Shown: in pieces, positions 41,310-57,249 of the stretch
Layout of the letters: the number at the start of each line of letters is the position of its first letter
How positions within the stretch are numbered: position 1 is the first letter of the stretch
Translations under genes and position numbers: made by a program
Notes under the pieces: model-generated
Databases searched by the model: none
Seen by the model: the letters and a program-made list of their open reading frames with translations, nothing else
What the model was told of the DNA's origin: nothing
Source: the human T2T-CHM13v2.0 reference genome, Homo sapiens
Assembly (NCBI RefSeq): GCF_009914755.1
Contig: NC_060937.1
Reading direction: 5' to 3' (one strand)
DNA length: 64,000 nt

Positions 41310-43110
41310 ATGTCTTGATAAAATTTACATATAGTGACATGCACATTTCTTAAGTGTACTATTCCATGAGTTTGAACAAATGACTAACCTGAGACAGAAA
41401 ATACAAAAAAATACCATCACCACAAAAGTTGCCTCATGTTCCCTTCACAGTGAATGCCCACCCCTCCACCCATAGACAACCACTGTTCTAAAATAGAATC
41501 TGTAAATAGAATCATACAGTATGTACTGTTTTGCATAAGCTTTCTTTCACTCAGCATTGTTTTAGAGATTCATCCATGTTGTATATATCTGTATTGCATT
41601 CATTTTTATTTTTGAGTAGTTTCCATTGCATGAATATACCAACATTTTATCCATGCTCTTGTAGATACTGTTTTGCTTTAAGAATTAAGAATAAAGCTGC
41701 TACAAGCATTCTTGTACATATCTATTTATACATATACATTTTTATTTCTTTGGTGTAAGGTTTAGTTTATATTTATTTGAAAATATGTGTATTTCTTATT
41801 TTTGAAGGATCTTTTCCATGGATATAAGCTTTATAGTACTTTTCTTCCAGCCTTTCAAAAGTGTTGTGCCACTGTCTTTTTGGTCTCCACTGTTTCTGAA
41901 GAAAAGTTGGCAGTCACTCATATCATGATTCTCCTATATGTGATGTGTCATTTTACTCTGGCCACATTCAAGATTTTCTTTTTCTCTTTGATTTGCAGCA
42001 ATTTGATTATGATATTATTTTCTTCATATTTTTCTAGTTGAGGTTGTCTGAGTTCTTGATTTTGTACATTTATGTTTTTTAACAAATTATTAAGTCAAAT
42101 ATTTTTTCAGGTTCATTCCCACTTGCTTCTCTTTCTAGAAATCTAATTTACATATATTAGATTTTTTTCAATTGTCTCACAGTACCCTGAGGGTTTTTTT
42201 TTTTTCAGTTTAATTTACAGCTTTCTTTCTCTCTGTTTCTCCGAGTAGATAATTTTGATTGCTGTATCCTCAAGTTGAGTGACTTTCATCATCTTTAAAC
42301 TGCTGTTAAGCCCACACAGTATTTTTTAAATATCAAATATTTTTTTTAGTTTTTTCTCTGATATTTCCTATTTGTTCAATCATTATGAGCATATTTTCTC
42401 TCACATCCTTGAGCACAGCATAACAGCTGCTTTAAAATCCTCTGCTAATCCCAACATCATGAGGTTAGTCTTCATTGATTGTCTTTTCTTGTAAGTATGG
42501 CCCATATGTAGTAATTTTCTAAGTGTTCTTGTAAAAATCATATTGTAGAGACTTTGGATTCTATCATATTTCTTGGAAGATTATAAAATTTTTAAATTAA
42601 TAAACTTTATTTATTAGAGCAGTTTTAGGTTCACAGCAGAATTGATCAGAAAGTTGAGAGACTTCCCATATACTCCTGTCCCCACACACATAATCTCCCC
42701 AACTATGGACATTTCACACCACATTAGAACATTTGTTACAATTGAGCTTACACCGACACATTGTTATCACCCAAAATGCATAGTTTACACTAGAACTCAC
42801 TCTTGGTGTTGTACATTCTATGGATTTTGACAAATATATAATGACATTTATTCAGCATTGTAGTATCATACAGAATAGTTTCACTGCCCTAAAAATCCTC
42901 TGTGTTCTGTCAATTCATCCCTCCCTCTCCACAACTTTTGGCAACCATTGATCTTTTTTGGTGTCTTTAATTTTGTCATTCCCAGAGTGTCATATATTTG
43001 GAATCATACAGTATGTGTAGCCTTTTCAGATTGGCTTTTCTCACTTAGTAATATGCATTTAAGGTTTCTCTATGTCTTTTGATGACTTGATAGCTAATTT
43101 CTTTCTAGTG
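41310..43110 (-). mobile_element. L1M fragments including an L1MC-type 3' end (~42600-43110)
   Basis: agagcagttttaggttcacagca...cactcttggtgttgtacattctatgg...ggaatcatacagtatgt. Confidence 0.7.
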
Positions 43111-43885
43111 TTGTATCTCATCTGTTGCCACTTTTTTTCCTTTAAGTGTTATATCCAACTTCTGCCTGATTTTAGTTACTCTCCAGTTCATTTAGGTAGT
43201 TGTTTTTAAAGTAATTTTAAAAATCAGAATGTATGTTGAATGGTTATTAGATGTCAGTACAGATAATTGGGCTTAGTGAAAAAGATTTAGATACAGGAAG
43301 CCCCAAGTAACTGACTAAATGATGATGGCCTAAAATGGGACAGTAATAGTAAACATAAACAGAAGGTAAAAAGTTGAGGATCTCTACAAGCTCATATTGG
43401 CAAAGCTTTGTGATTCTAAACTGCCACACATTGACCTATCTAAATTGTTTGTCATAGTATGGAAAAGATGAGATTAAAAAGTTGAGGTAGTAGTGGCCAG
43501 CATTATTGATTGCTTCTCACCTAAAATTCATAAATGAGGAAAAATAAAGAGAAATATCTATCATTTTAAGCAAAGATATTCTTATATAATTTCTCCTTAT
43601 ATTACATCCACACGAAATAAACCAAAGTATTTCAGGAAGGACCATTGATGTCTGATTGCAGAGATGTATCATATTATCTAGAAATGTTGTCAGCTCCTAG
43701 AAATAGAGACCTAACTACAATGACTTAAATGTCTAAGAGTATATTATTTTACAGAAAAAATGTTCAGAAATGGGTGATCCACACTGATAAGGAGTTCCAC
43801 AAAGACAACAGGAATCTAGGCCTAGGCCTTTCTTAATACATGTCTTTCATCCTCAAGGTTATAAGATGGCCACTGGAATTGCAAC

Positions 43886-45367
43886 TGATGACAGTGGTGG
43901 CCCATCTGGAGGGGCCACTGCCATGATGCTGGCCGCAGCAGGGGAGGCTCAGCCAGGGCTGCATGCTCCACAGAGCGGACAAGAGCTGGCAACAGGCAGA
44001 AGCCCTTCTGAGTTGGCAGAGTGAGGGAGCCTCATGCTCCCCGGTGCAGCTGTGGCTGCACAGCAGCAGCTGTGGACCTGGGCATCTCTGCACTCTCGGG
44101 GGCCAGGAAGTTCCTGTGCCCCCACAGGCTCGGAAGTGCCTGCTCCCACTGCCTGGCCTCTCCAGACTCCTGGCCCCTGCTCCAATTTTGGAGCAAGGCT
44201 GTGGCCTAGCCCAGACACTGTCTTGACCTGGCTGGGTGTGAGCATGCTCTGGGCAGTGCTGACACCAGCCACCTGCCACTTGGGCCCCCTCTGGACTTTG
44301 GGCTCCGACAAGCATGGGAGGGAGGCCAAGGAGGGTTAAGGGCAGCTCTGCATGGGCCTGTAGGCACCCGTAGGCATGAACAGCCTCTGCTGTTCAGGGA
44401 TGGCAGGTTGATGGCAGCAGGAAGCAGACAGGCTCCTGGGAGAAACGGGGCGGGTTCCCGGTGAAGCCCCACCTTCAAGCCAGGGATGGCCTGAAGCCTG
44501 GGGGCTTGGCTGACAGTTCTGTGGACTGGAGTGAGAATATATGGTACATTTTCTGGGCCCACCCATGGCTGCCTATGGACCAATCAGCATGCACTTTCTC
44601 CCCTCTGAAGCTCGTAAAAACCTCGGACTCCACCCGACTTGGCAGATGACCGGACAACCTGCTTGCGGAGAGGAGCTACCCACTGAAGGTCTCCTCTGAG
44701 CTTTTCTGGCACTCAATAGAGCACCTCTTTGCCTTGCTCACCCTCCAGAATCTGCATACTTAATTCTTCCTGGAGGTGGGACAAGAACTCTGGACCCGCT
44801 AATGGCGGGATTAAAAGAGCTATAACACAAACAGAGCTGAAACATGCCCCTGCACTCGCCATGTTACGGGCAATGAGGAAAGAAGAGAGAAGAAGAAAAG
44901 AGCTGTGGCCCTTTGGGGATCCCAGACCTAGGGGCTCCCCGAGCCAGGGCTATGACCCCACCCCCTCTTTGGGTTTCTGTGGTTCCTGGCGTCTCCAAGC
45001 TTCCAGGTGGCACTGTGTTCCCCTTGGCCAGATGTAGGTGCCTGCAGCAGAAGCCACGTGCAGTACATCTCATCTAGCCACAGGCTTGCACACAGCCGGC
45101 ACCTATGCCAGTGCCTGGAGCTGCCTGCCCCACTGCAGCAGCCAGTGTGCCTGGGTGTGCACAGCGGCTGGACCCCGCACTTGTTCGCACACACACCCCT
45201 TGCTACTCTGTGCCTGGCTCACATTTAGCAGGTGTGGGATCCGGGCCGGTAGCGCGAGCTGAGTGCAGCCTGCCAGGCCGAGTGGGTGGAATGAGCCCAG
45301 TGGGAGCAAGTAATACTCAGGCAGAAGGCACTGCCAGCCACAGAGGTTTCCAGCTGGTCCCCTGACA
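43886..45367 (+). mobile_element. MER52-family ERV1 solo LTR (1482 bp) nested in an MLT1 LTR
   Basis: TG...CA ends; perfect 4-bp TSD CAAC at 43882-43885 and 45368-45371; GC-rich; CCAAT box near 44580; MLT1-like sequence on both flanks (~43690-43885, 45372-45655). Confidence 0.85.
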
Positions 45368-47284
45368 CAACCATCATATGTCCATTCCAGGCAGGAATAA
45401 GCAGAAGGGCAAGGAACAAATGAACTCATCTGAGCTTCTGTTAATAAGAGCCTTCTAATAAATCCCATGCTATAACTTCTGCCTATATCTTTTTGGCCTG
45501 TATGTAGTTACATGGTCATGCCTATCTATGAAAGAGGCTGTGAAGTGCATTTTTAAAGTGGGGGCCATTGACATCTTGAATAAAACTGAAGTTACGTTGC
45601 TGAGAATAAAGGGGAAAATGGATATTGAATAAGCAACTAGCTATCTCTACCACATGCACCAAATGATTTAGTCAGAGCTCTATCAACAAACTTAAGCAAA
45701 AAGAGGAAGAAGAGGGAGAAGAAAAAGGAGAAAGAGAAGGAGACAGAGGAGGAGGAAGGAGGGCAGAAGAAAGGAAAGGAAATATATTGACCCACATTAG
45801 CAAACCTCAGGTATCTCTATACAGGCATACCCAATCTAGGTGCTTAAATAATCGTTAAATAAAAGGAAACTTCTTCCTTTTATTTCTCAGCTCTGCTTTC
45901 AACTCGGTTGGAAACAGGCTTAGACATATTCTTTCCTCAGGTTAGTGAGATAGCTGCTAGAAAGACCAGACTTCCATTTTCCCAGTTTAGCAATCCCAGT
46001 GGAAAGAGATCACCCGTTTCTCAATAATTTTGGTAAGAGTTATGCGTGGGACTCATGGTCCTTGGTATCATATTTCGTTCCTGTGGATAGGACATGTGCT
46101 GCTTTGATTGGTCGGATCTGCTTCACGGACCCCATCTCCCTGGGTCAGTCCCAATTAAATCAGATAAACTAAGTTGGGGGAGGCATATTTCCCTGAAAGA
46201 AACTCAGCATGCTGATGCCAGAAAAAGAGTGAATAGACACCAGGAAGGCAAAAATAGTATGCTTGACGCAGAAGGTAAAAACCTGGAAGAAAAAAATCAT
46301 AATTTAGGCACTTCCAGTCTAGAAATGAAAACGCAAAACAGGAAACATAATGGAGATTTAATAAATCTCTTGTATGATTTTCTATTGTCTTTAATAATAC
46401 TCAATAATACAATATCCACAGGGAAAAAGTATACCACAAGCCAATGTGAGTTCAGAAAACTCACAGAAATACTGTGAGTTTTCTGAAAAGCATTTACAGT
46501 TCTAAAACAACCACCAAAATATCAAGAAGAGGATTTGCATAAGCACACTATTTTTAGGGATATTTATTTGTGGCAACTTCTTTAATACCTAAATCATGGA
46601 GATTCAAAGAGATGCACAATCATAAGTTAATCCTGTCAACACTCTGTAATATAAGCTCTGGGGAAAAGATTATGAGGAGAATAGGGCATAAAGCAATGAC
46701 ATGGTTTTTTCCAAGGTCGTGAATTGAATCAGTGGCCAACCAAAGCTGCTGACTCCCAAAATACATGACTCATTCTTTTCCACATTTTCCATATCTTATT
46801 TTAGTTTATCACAACGACTGGTCTTTCTTAGCATTTTTTTTGTAGGTGATTGGCAGAAAATAAAAATGGCCATATGTTTGAAACTCAGCATCATCTGCCC
46901 TAGGGAAGTAATAAACAAAACAAGAGAGCACAAAGACTCAAATAAAGAAGCAAATGGGGCACATCAAAAAAAGTCTATTGAGAAAATTTACCCCAGTAGC
47001 TAAAGATAACTGATAGTAGAGTATAAATTGAGGTATAAGAACTCTCAGTGTTCAGTATGACAGTGGGTACACTTAAGACTAAGTGCTTTTTTTTCTCATT
47101 TAACATAATTTAATACTTATAGAAGTTTCAAGAACTGTACAAAGAATTTCAGAATAATCTTTACCCAGATTCCCCAAATGTTAATTTTTATTTCCTCTTT
47201 TCCTCCTCCTCCTCTCTCTCCACACACACACACGCACACACACCACGCAAATACATTTTCTTAACCATTTAAAAGTAAGTTGAA

Positions 47285-48250
47285 GACAAACATTTTTCCA
47301 AAGAAGACATAAAAATGGCCAAGAGGTATATATAAAAAGATGCTCAACCTCACTAACAATAAGGGAAATGCACATTAAAACCACTGTGTGTTATCATCTC
47401 ACACCTATAAAGATGGCTGTTATCAAAAAGACAAGAGATAGTAAGTATTGGCAAATGTGTGGAAGAAAAGGAACCCTGGCACACAGTTGGTGGAATGAAG
47501 ATTGGCATAGCCATTATAAAAACCAGTGCGAGGTTTCTAAAGAAATTAAAAATAGAACTACCATATGACCCAGCAAATTCTCTTCTCTGTATATACCCAA
47601 AGAAGACAAAATCACCACCTCATAAAGATATCTGCATTCCAATGTTTACTGCAGCATTAGTCACAATGGTCAAGATATGAAAACAATCTAAGTGTCCGTT
47701 GAGAGATGAATGGCTAAAGAAAATGGGTGTGTATGTGTGTATATATATATACACACTGGAATATTGTTTGGCCTCATATAAAAGGAAAGCCTGCCATTTT
47801 CCACAACCTGGAACAACCTGAAGAACATTATGTTAATAAGCCAGACAGAGAAAGAAAAATATTGCATGACCTCACTTACATGTGGAATTAAAAAAAAAAA
47901 AAAGACTTCAAATACACACAGCTAGAGAATAAAACAGTGGTTACCATGGCAGGGGAGGCAGAGTGGGGAAGAAATGGGGAGATGTAGGTCAGAGGATACC
48001 AAATAGAAAGTATGTAGGATGAACAAGTTTAGAGATCTAATGTACAACATGAGGACTAAAGTCAATAAAATTATATTGCATTAGAAATTTTTAATGAAGT
48101 AGATCTTAGCTGCTCTTACCACGAAAATAGAAACTATGCGAGATAATAGATATGTTAATCAGCTTCACTATAGTAACTATTTTACTGTCTGTATGTATAC
48201 CATAACATGTTGTAACTCTCAAATATACACCATAAAATTTATTTTTAAAA
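47285..48250 (+). mobile_element. L1MA-type 3' ~1 kb inserted in an older opposite-strand L1
   Basis: ORF2 C-terminal remnant (LKKLKIELPYDPA in ORF 47459-47680) and L1MA 3'UTR; decayed TSD taagttg(a/t)aga; the host L1 continues at 47090-47280 and 48255-49330. Confidence 0.85.
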
Positions 48251-48445
48251 GGATAAGTTGTAGATATAATGTCTTTTCCTGCTATACACTTTAGTGTGTA
48301 GTTCCTAAAACCAAGGACATTTTCTTACATCACAGCATAATTATAAAAATTAGGAAATTAACTCTGATATAATACTATTACTTAATATACAGCCCTTATC
48401 TCTTTACTTGCCTATATTATGGAATTCCTGAGGCTTTCTTTATAG

Positions 48446-48941
<496 letters not shown>

Positions 48942-50154
48942 ACTGAAGCTGATGTTTTTAAGAGTATGGGACAATTATTTTGCATGCTGTCCTTCACATT
49001 GGAGTTTGTCTGATGTTTCCTCCTGATTAGATTCAAGTTATATACTTTTGGCAGGATTACCAGACAAATGATGCTATGTTCTTCTTGGTGCACCATCTTA
49101 GAAGGCATTTGCTGTTAATTTGTCCTATTATTGGTGATGTTAACCTTGACCATTTGGCTAAGTTGATGCTTGTCATGTTTCTCCACTTTAACATTGTTTT
49201 ACCCATTATAATTAATAAATGCTTTATGGAAAGATATTTTGAGATTACATAACTATCCGGTTACTCCTCAAACATTATCACACTAGTTTTTGTATCCATT
49301 GATGACTCCTGCCAGAATCAATTAGAATGAATATTTTTAAATTTTTGTATTTATACATATTTGTACATATTTATAGTGTATATGTGTAATATTTTGATAC
49401 ATATATAGAATGTATAATGATCAAGTCAAGGTATTTAGGATATCCATCACCTTGAACATTTATCATTTCTTTGTATTGGGAACATTTCAAATCTTCTCTT
49501 CTAGATATTTTGAAATATATAATATATTGTTAACTATAGTCAAACTACTGTACTATCAAACACTAGAACCTGTTTCTTCTAACTGCATGTTTGTAACCAT
49601 TAACCTAGAACGAGTATTTTTTAATTAATTTTGTTTCTAAAATGTGATGCTATGGTAAGTGTCAGCACTGTTGCAGAATTTTTATTATAGACTCACTTTT
49701 GTAACATAAAAATATTTACAATCAATTGCATCCTAGGTGGAATGCAATTTCATTCAATATACCTAATAATGAGCTAAAGACCATAAATGGGCATGCAGGA
49801 TCTAATTGCAGAGATGAAAATGTTCTAAAGGTGACTTATGGTGATGGTTGCACCACTTGATAAAGTTATTACAATTATCAAATTTTACACAAGAAATAGG
49901 TGAATTTTATAATATATGATATATTTTGTTAAAGGTGTTAAAAATAGGAAAAAAAAATGAGTTGAAAATAATAGAATTATTTAAGTGAAAATGTGATAGC
50001 AAAGGCCAGTGAATGTCATTATTTACATAGATAGAAAGTAATTTATACCTAACCAGGGTTTGTTAACTTTCTTTTATATCATGGGGCCCTTGTCAGTCTG
50101 GTAAAGCCAATGTACCCCTATTAAGAAAATGTTTGGAGTATATAAAATATATAA

Positions 50155-50539
<385 letters not shown>

Positions 50540-50776
50540 TAAAATATTTTTATTAGGTAGCAAAATATGAGCTTTTAAAATGTGTTAAATAACAATAGGT
50601 TTAAAATATTGGCAAGTCAAAGTTAAATTTTTTTTTACCATATTCATCAGTGTGAGGCTGTTGTTGCTAAAAATGAAAAAGAACAATAAACTTTGATAAG
50701 GCAATGCGCATGTCGTGTAAAAGCCAGTTGAATTCTAGCTTTTGGTGTTTTTAGTTCAAGTATTGATAATCCAGAT

Positions 50777-51077
50777 TCTTTTTTTTTTTTTTTTGAGACA
50801 GGGTCTTGCTCTGTCGCCAAGGCTGGAGTACAGTGGTGCAATCACGGCTCACTCCGCAACCTCCGCCTCTTGGGCTCAAGCCATCCTCCTATTCAGCCTC
50901 CCGAGTATCTGGGACTACAAGAGTGTGCCACCACGCCTGGCTAATTTTTGCATTTTTGGTAGAGATGGGGCTTTGTCATGTTGGCAAGGCTGGTCTCAAA
51001 CTCCTGGCCTCAAGCGATCCACCTGCTTTGGCCTTCCAAAGCACTGAGATTACAGACGTGAGCCACCACATCTGGCC
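50777..51077 (-). mobile_element. AluJb-like
   Basis: gggctcaagccatcctcc; TSD-like tcc(a/t)gattctt. Confidence 0.9.
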
Positions 51078-51163
51078 TCCTGATTCTTAAAAATATGTTA
51101 CCATAAATGTAATTAAAGTTTCCATAGTTTGCTTAAAAAGAAACAGGTTATCTCAAGAAATAC

Positions 51164-51538
51164 TGTCTTAGTCAGTTTGGACTGCTATAGCAAACTACCA
51201 TAAACAAGTGACGCTAACAACAGAAACATATTTCTCCCAGTTCTGGAGGCCGGAAGTCCAAGATTAGGGTGCCAGCATGATCAGGTTCTGGTGAGGGCCC
51301 TTGTATGGATTGAAGACCACTGGCTTCTTCATGTATTCTCACATGGTGGAGAACAGAGAGAGAGGAAGAAAGCTCTCTCATATATTTTTATCAGGCCACT
51401 ATTCCCATTAGTGAAGGCTCCACCCTCATGACCTAGTTACGCCTCCAAAGCCCCACCTCCTAATACCATCACACTGGGGGGGTTAGTATTTCAACATGTA
51501 AATTTTTTTGGTGGGGCACAAACATTCAGTCCATTGCA
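51164..51538 (-). mobile_element. MLT1A/MST-type MaLR solo LTR
   Basis: TG...CA ends with 5-bp TSD aatac/aatat. Confidence 0.8.
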
Positions 51539-52713
51539 AATATGAAAATTATCCAAATCCATTGAGTTAAACTTCTATTATGAGGTTATACAGCTTCACC
51601 ATTTGCAGGCCCAGCATTGCACTCTGGTTGGCCAGCTCCAGTGCATGAGTGTCTGTAGACAGGAAGGCTGAGATCTAATGCACTCACGCATTCACTGTGA
51701 TAGGAAAGTATCTGTAATTTCTATTGGTGGCAAGGTCATAGGGACTAAGATTCTTGCAAGCATTCATACTTGAAGGATTTTCTACATTTCAGTTAAATGT
51801 TATTGAAAATAAAGACGTAATTTTTTTCCTCATTCAAATTCAAGGACCCTCTGAATTCCATCCAGGTAGACCCTTTGTACATCCAAGGACTCCAGGTTAA
51901 GAACTCCTGATATAAACAGATAGATAAATAGAATTTATGACTCTCACAGTTTGGCTATTTGGTATAGTTACAGAATCCTTAAAGACTGCAAAAAATATAC
52001 CTATAAAGCCGGGACATTTTAAGAGAAAAGGAAAATTCCTGGTTTTGTCTATGTCAATTCCAAAGCTTTGAATATAGAATCCTCACTCTTTCGAGATTCC
52101 ACCTTATAAAATATGGTCAAAATACTTAATGGTGTTTAAAAAAAAATTGTTGATGAGATATCTCTTTCAGCTCTTCCATTTCTAGGCATTATTCCAGCCC
52201 TGGGGTTTTTCTGCCTTGTCACTTAGGATAGGAAGAAACTGATCTCTCGTTTCTTATTCGTATTTCCAGTTTGGGGCTCTATTATTATTATTTTTTGCAT
52301 TTTCGTATAAACTTTGATGCTGAATTCTTAAACTCATTGTAGGAAGAAGTCATCCAGTTACCTGTTCATGAGCAGTTAATTCTTTCCTATTACAACACTC
52401 AGTCCCAAAATATGTTATCTAGTCCTTTAGTTCTCTGAAACACATTAGAGATAAGATTTCTGCTACCTATATATTAATCAAAAGAAAAGTTTCTGGAAGT
52501 AAACAAGAATTACGATATAATAAAAATTACATTTGCTGGAAATAAGATTTGTGCTTTAATACAAATTATGCCAAATTGGGTGCTTCTGGTACTGTGTCTC
52601 AACTCAGTTGTCCTTATTGGAAAAGGAGTGGTAATTTCTTATATAATCTCTATGGTACTTTCTACCTGTAAAATTTAATAAGTCATTATCGTATCTAACA
52701 CAGTCATCTAGTG

Positions 52714-53204
52714 CAGTGGTCCCCAACCTTTTTGACACCAAGAACCAGTTTCGTGGAAGACAATTTTTCCATGGACCAAGGTGGTGGGGATGGTTGCAGG
52801 ATGATTCAAACACATTACATTTATTGTGCACTTTATTTCTATTATTACTACATTGTAATATAATGAAATAATTATACAATTTACCATAATGTAGAATCAG
52901 TGGGAGCCCTGAGCTTGTTTTCCTGCACCTAGATGGTCCCATCTGGGGGTGATGGGGGACAGTGACAGATTATCAGGTACTAGATTCTCATAAGGAGTAT
53001 GCAACCTAGATCCCTTCTATGAGCAATTCCCAATAAGGTTTGCACTCCTATAAGAATTTAATGCTGCTGCTGATCTGACAGGAGGCAGAGCTCAGGCAGT
53101 AATGTGAGCGATGGGGAGTGGCTGTAAATACAGACGACGCCTGCCACTCACCTCCTGCTGTGCAGCCCAGTATTGGTTCATGGCCCAGGAGTTGGAGACC
53201 CCTG
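52714..53204. mobile_element. MER1A (hAT-Charlie), near full length
   Basis: TIRs cagtggtccccaac / gttggagacccctg; 8-bp TSD atctagtg/atctactg. Confidence 0.9.
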
Positions 53205-53571
53205 ATCTACTGGATGCTATTGGTGCCCTGGCCTTGGTTTATTCCTTAGCTCTTCTGAGTATTTGCTGTTAACAACTCACAACTGTTACTATCTCGGGAG
53301 AATTGGTCTCTTCTTCTCAGTAGAACAGAAGACTAGAGCAGCCACACCTTCAAGGGTTATAACCCCTTCCAATAATTGACTGACATGAGGCACAAAAGGT
53401 GACTCCCTTCCCTGAAGGGTCCAGAGTTTCCCACTGGACCGGCCTGAAAGCAGTGTCCTAATGAGACTACATCCTTGCTAAGCTTTTTCCTCCTGCACTC
53501 TCTTACCTCCCACCCCAACTTCTCCGAGAGCATTTTCTCAACTAATCATTTAAATAAGAATCCCCATTTTG

Positions 53572-54425
<854 letters not shown>

Positions 54426-55138
54426 TTAATCTTGTTTAATTTAATAATAAAAGGTAGAGACACAGCCTAAGAATGCCTCACATTCAGCAATAAGTACGTG
54501 TTGGGGACATTTCTTAGCAAGTACTATAAATAAACATGTCTGTAAATCTGCCTCTGTCTCTTTATGATAAAATTAATTAGTTCATTTCCAGAAGGAGCTT
54601 CCCCCAAATGCTTATTTAATATTCAGCAGAGAATGGGCTAACTCTAACCACTGGCTCAAGTAATAAAAGTAATGAACTCAATATTTAGGGAGGAAAGCAA
54701 AGCTGACAGCTCATATTCCCAGAGTTTAGCACCTTTGATTAATTATTTATTTCTAATATAAGGGGGTACATTATCAACAACGTATTGCTAATACATTATT
54801 AGCAATACAGAATTAAGAATGTATGAGAAGACAATGCAGTAAGTGCCCAAAAGTGAGGCTAACTTTCAATTATTCAGTGATAGAGATGAGTAATGTAGAT
54901 GAGTGGGTTGGAACAGATTATACAGTTTGTACCAATCCACAGAGAACAGACGAAACTCTCATTTACTAACGTATCTTCTTTTAAGTAATACCCCAGGTTT
55001 TTCTTTTTCTTTTTTATTTTAAGTGGATAAAAACAGTTGTGTAAGCTTTAAAACTTCTTACTGGAGAGAAATTCTCTGTAATTACTCTTCAGAACAATAA
55101 CAAATACCAGAACCACTCCTGTTTTGTAAGAACAGAAA

Positions 55139-55525
<387 letters not shown>

Positions 55526-55994
55526 TTATCAGTCCTCTGGCCCCAAACTATTATTTTTCAGTGGGTGTTCAGTTGGTAATAAGCACCTGTTTGGAAATTG
55601 CTGGGACATTCTCACTTAAAGGCAGTATAAGTTTCACTGCTTTTGCTTTGCTATTCCTTGTGATAGGGCAGTTGAACTGAAAAATATCTTGTCTTTCATT
55701 AATACTTTTTCTGTGAATAAGCTATATGTACATGTTATTGAAAGATTTTATGTATTGGAGTTCAAACAAACACTATCAGATGTATTTTAGCCATCATGAA
55801 GGAAAAAACCCTCAAATTTCTCATCTGTTTATTAGAGAATATAAGATCTACAAATGTGGTCTTCAACCCCAATAAGTATGAATATTCTAAACGTGAGTGA
55901 AACCATCATTCCTTAAAACATTTGTGTTTCTCATAGCGTGTAGTATATAGTAGGCATTTTCAACACAGGTTGAGAAAAATGTCAAAAACTCCTT

Positions 55995-56386
55995 GGCTAT
56001 TTTGCTATGGCTGCCATAACAAAGTAATACAGACTGACTATGGCTTAAACAAGAGAAATGTATTTCTCACAGTTCTGGAGGCTAGAAGTCCAAGATCAAG
56101 GTATCCACAGGGTTGGCTGGTTTCTTCTGTGGTCTCTCCTCGGCTTATACATGGTCACTTTCTCACTGTGTCCTCACCTGGTCTTTCTTCGCTGTGTGTA
56201 TGTGCACATGTCTGTCTCCTATCCTCCTTTTTTAATAAGAACATTATTCTTATTGGATTAGGGCTCACCCATATGACCTTATTTAGGTTACCTCTAAAGG
56301 CCCTATTGCTACAGTCACATTCTAAGATACTGGGGATTAGGGCTTCAATATATGAATTTTAGGGGGAAGCACATTCAGCCCATAAT
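55995..56386 (-). mobile_element. MLT1A/B-type MaLR solo LTR
   Basis: ggctgccataacaaagta...ctcacagttctggaggctagaagtccaagatcaagg...cacattcagcccataa. Confidence 0.8.
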
Positions 56387-57249
56387 ATTTCTTTATATTG
56401 GTCTTATAGTTTTGACTTTTATCAAGTTTATATGCTAAAAGAAAATAAAACATAAGTACAAATTATTTTAAAATAAAAGATATGAATTATAAAATCGCCC
56501 TTTTTCTAGCTATTGTTTGGAAAATCATACATACTAATTACAATTCAGTAGTTGTTATAAGCTATATTAACATTCTATCTGGGGAAAAGCAAATATTAAT
56601 AAGGCTGATGAGATAAACTGAGTTTTCATTTCCTAAACTCTCCATATAAATAGAATATAGAACTGTCTGATTAAAATTAATCTGGGCTTTTTCTTTTTTG
56701 TAATGGAAACATTTAACAATGTTTGAAACAGGTATTTGGTATTGCAATACATCATGTGTTTCATAAACAAGATAATTATATTTTCAGCATAAATATTATA
56801 TATTTATAAATATAGTAAATTATATTTTCAGCATACATATTAAATGTTAATATTAAATAATAAATATTAAATATAAAATAAAATAATAAATATTAAATTA
56901 TAAAATTACATTGAGTGTAATATTAGTAAGAAAAATTCTGGAAGTGTTTTTCACAAGACTAATTTTCATTGTTGTAATTATAATTAAAGCCATTTCATTT
57001 ATGTGAGAAACTGACACTGACAAACTTTGGCTTTATAACTAGTGAAAAAATAAAAAGGGCAAACTATATAGAAAGTTTAGTATAAACAAAAAAGATTAGG
57101 ATCATCAGAAGTTCATGTCATAACTTTCTGAGAAAAAGGAAAGAAGGAGAATATTGTCTACTTTATGTATTATGTATGCAAATATGTGATCCATGTCATC
57201 TATTAGAAAAAGATTTTATATCAACTTTTTAAAATATGAATATCTTACC

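Noticed and set aside
43833-45468. Dense cluster of overlapping ORFs resembling a gene cassette
   Set aside because: All lie in the GC-rich MER52 LTR, in many frames, with no domain features.
47368-47680. ORFs resembling the L1 ORF2p C-terminus
   Set aside because: Real homology, but a frameshifted, 5'-truncated fossil.
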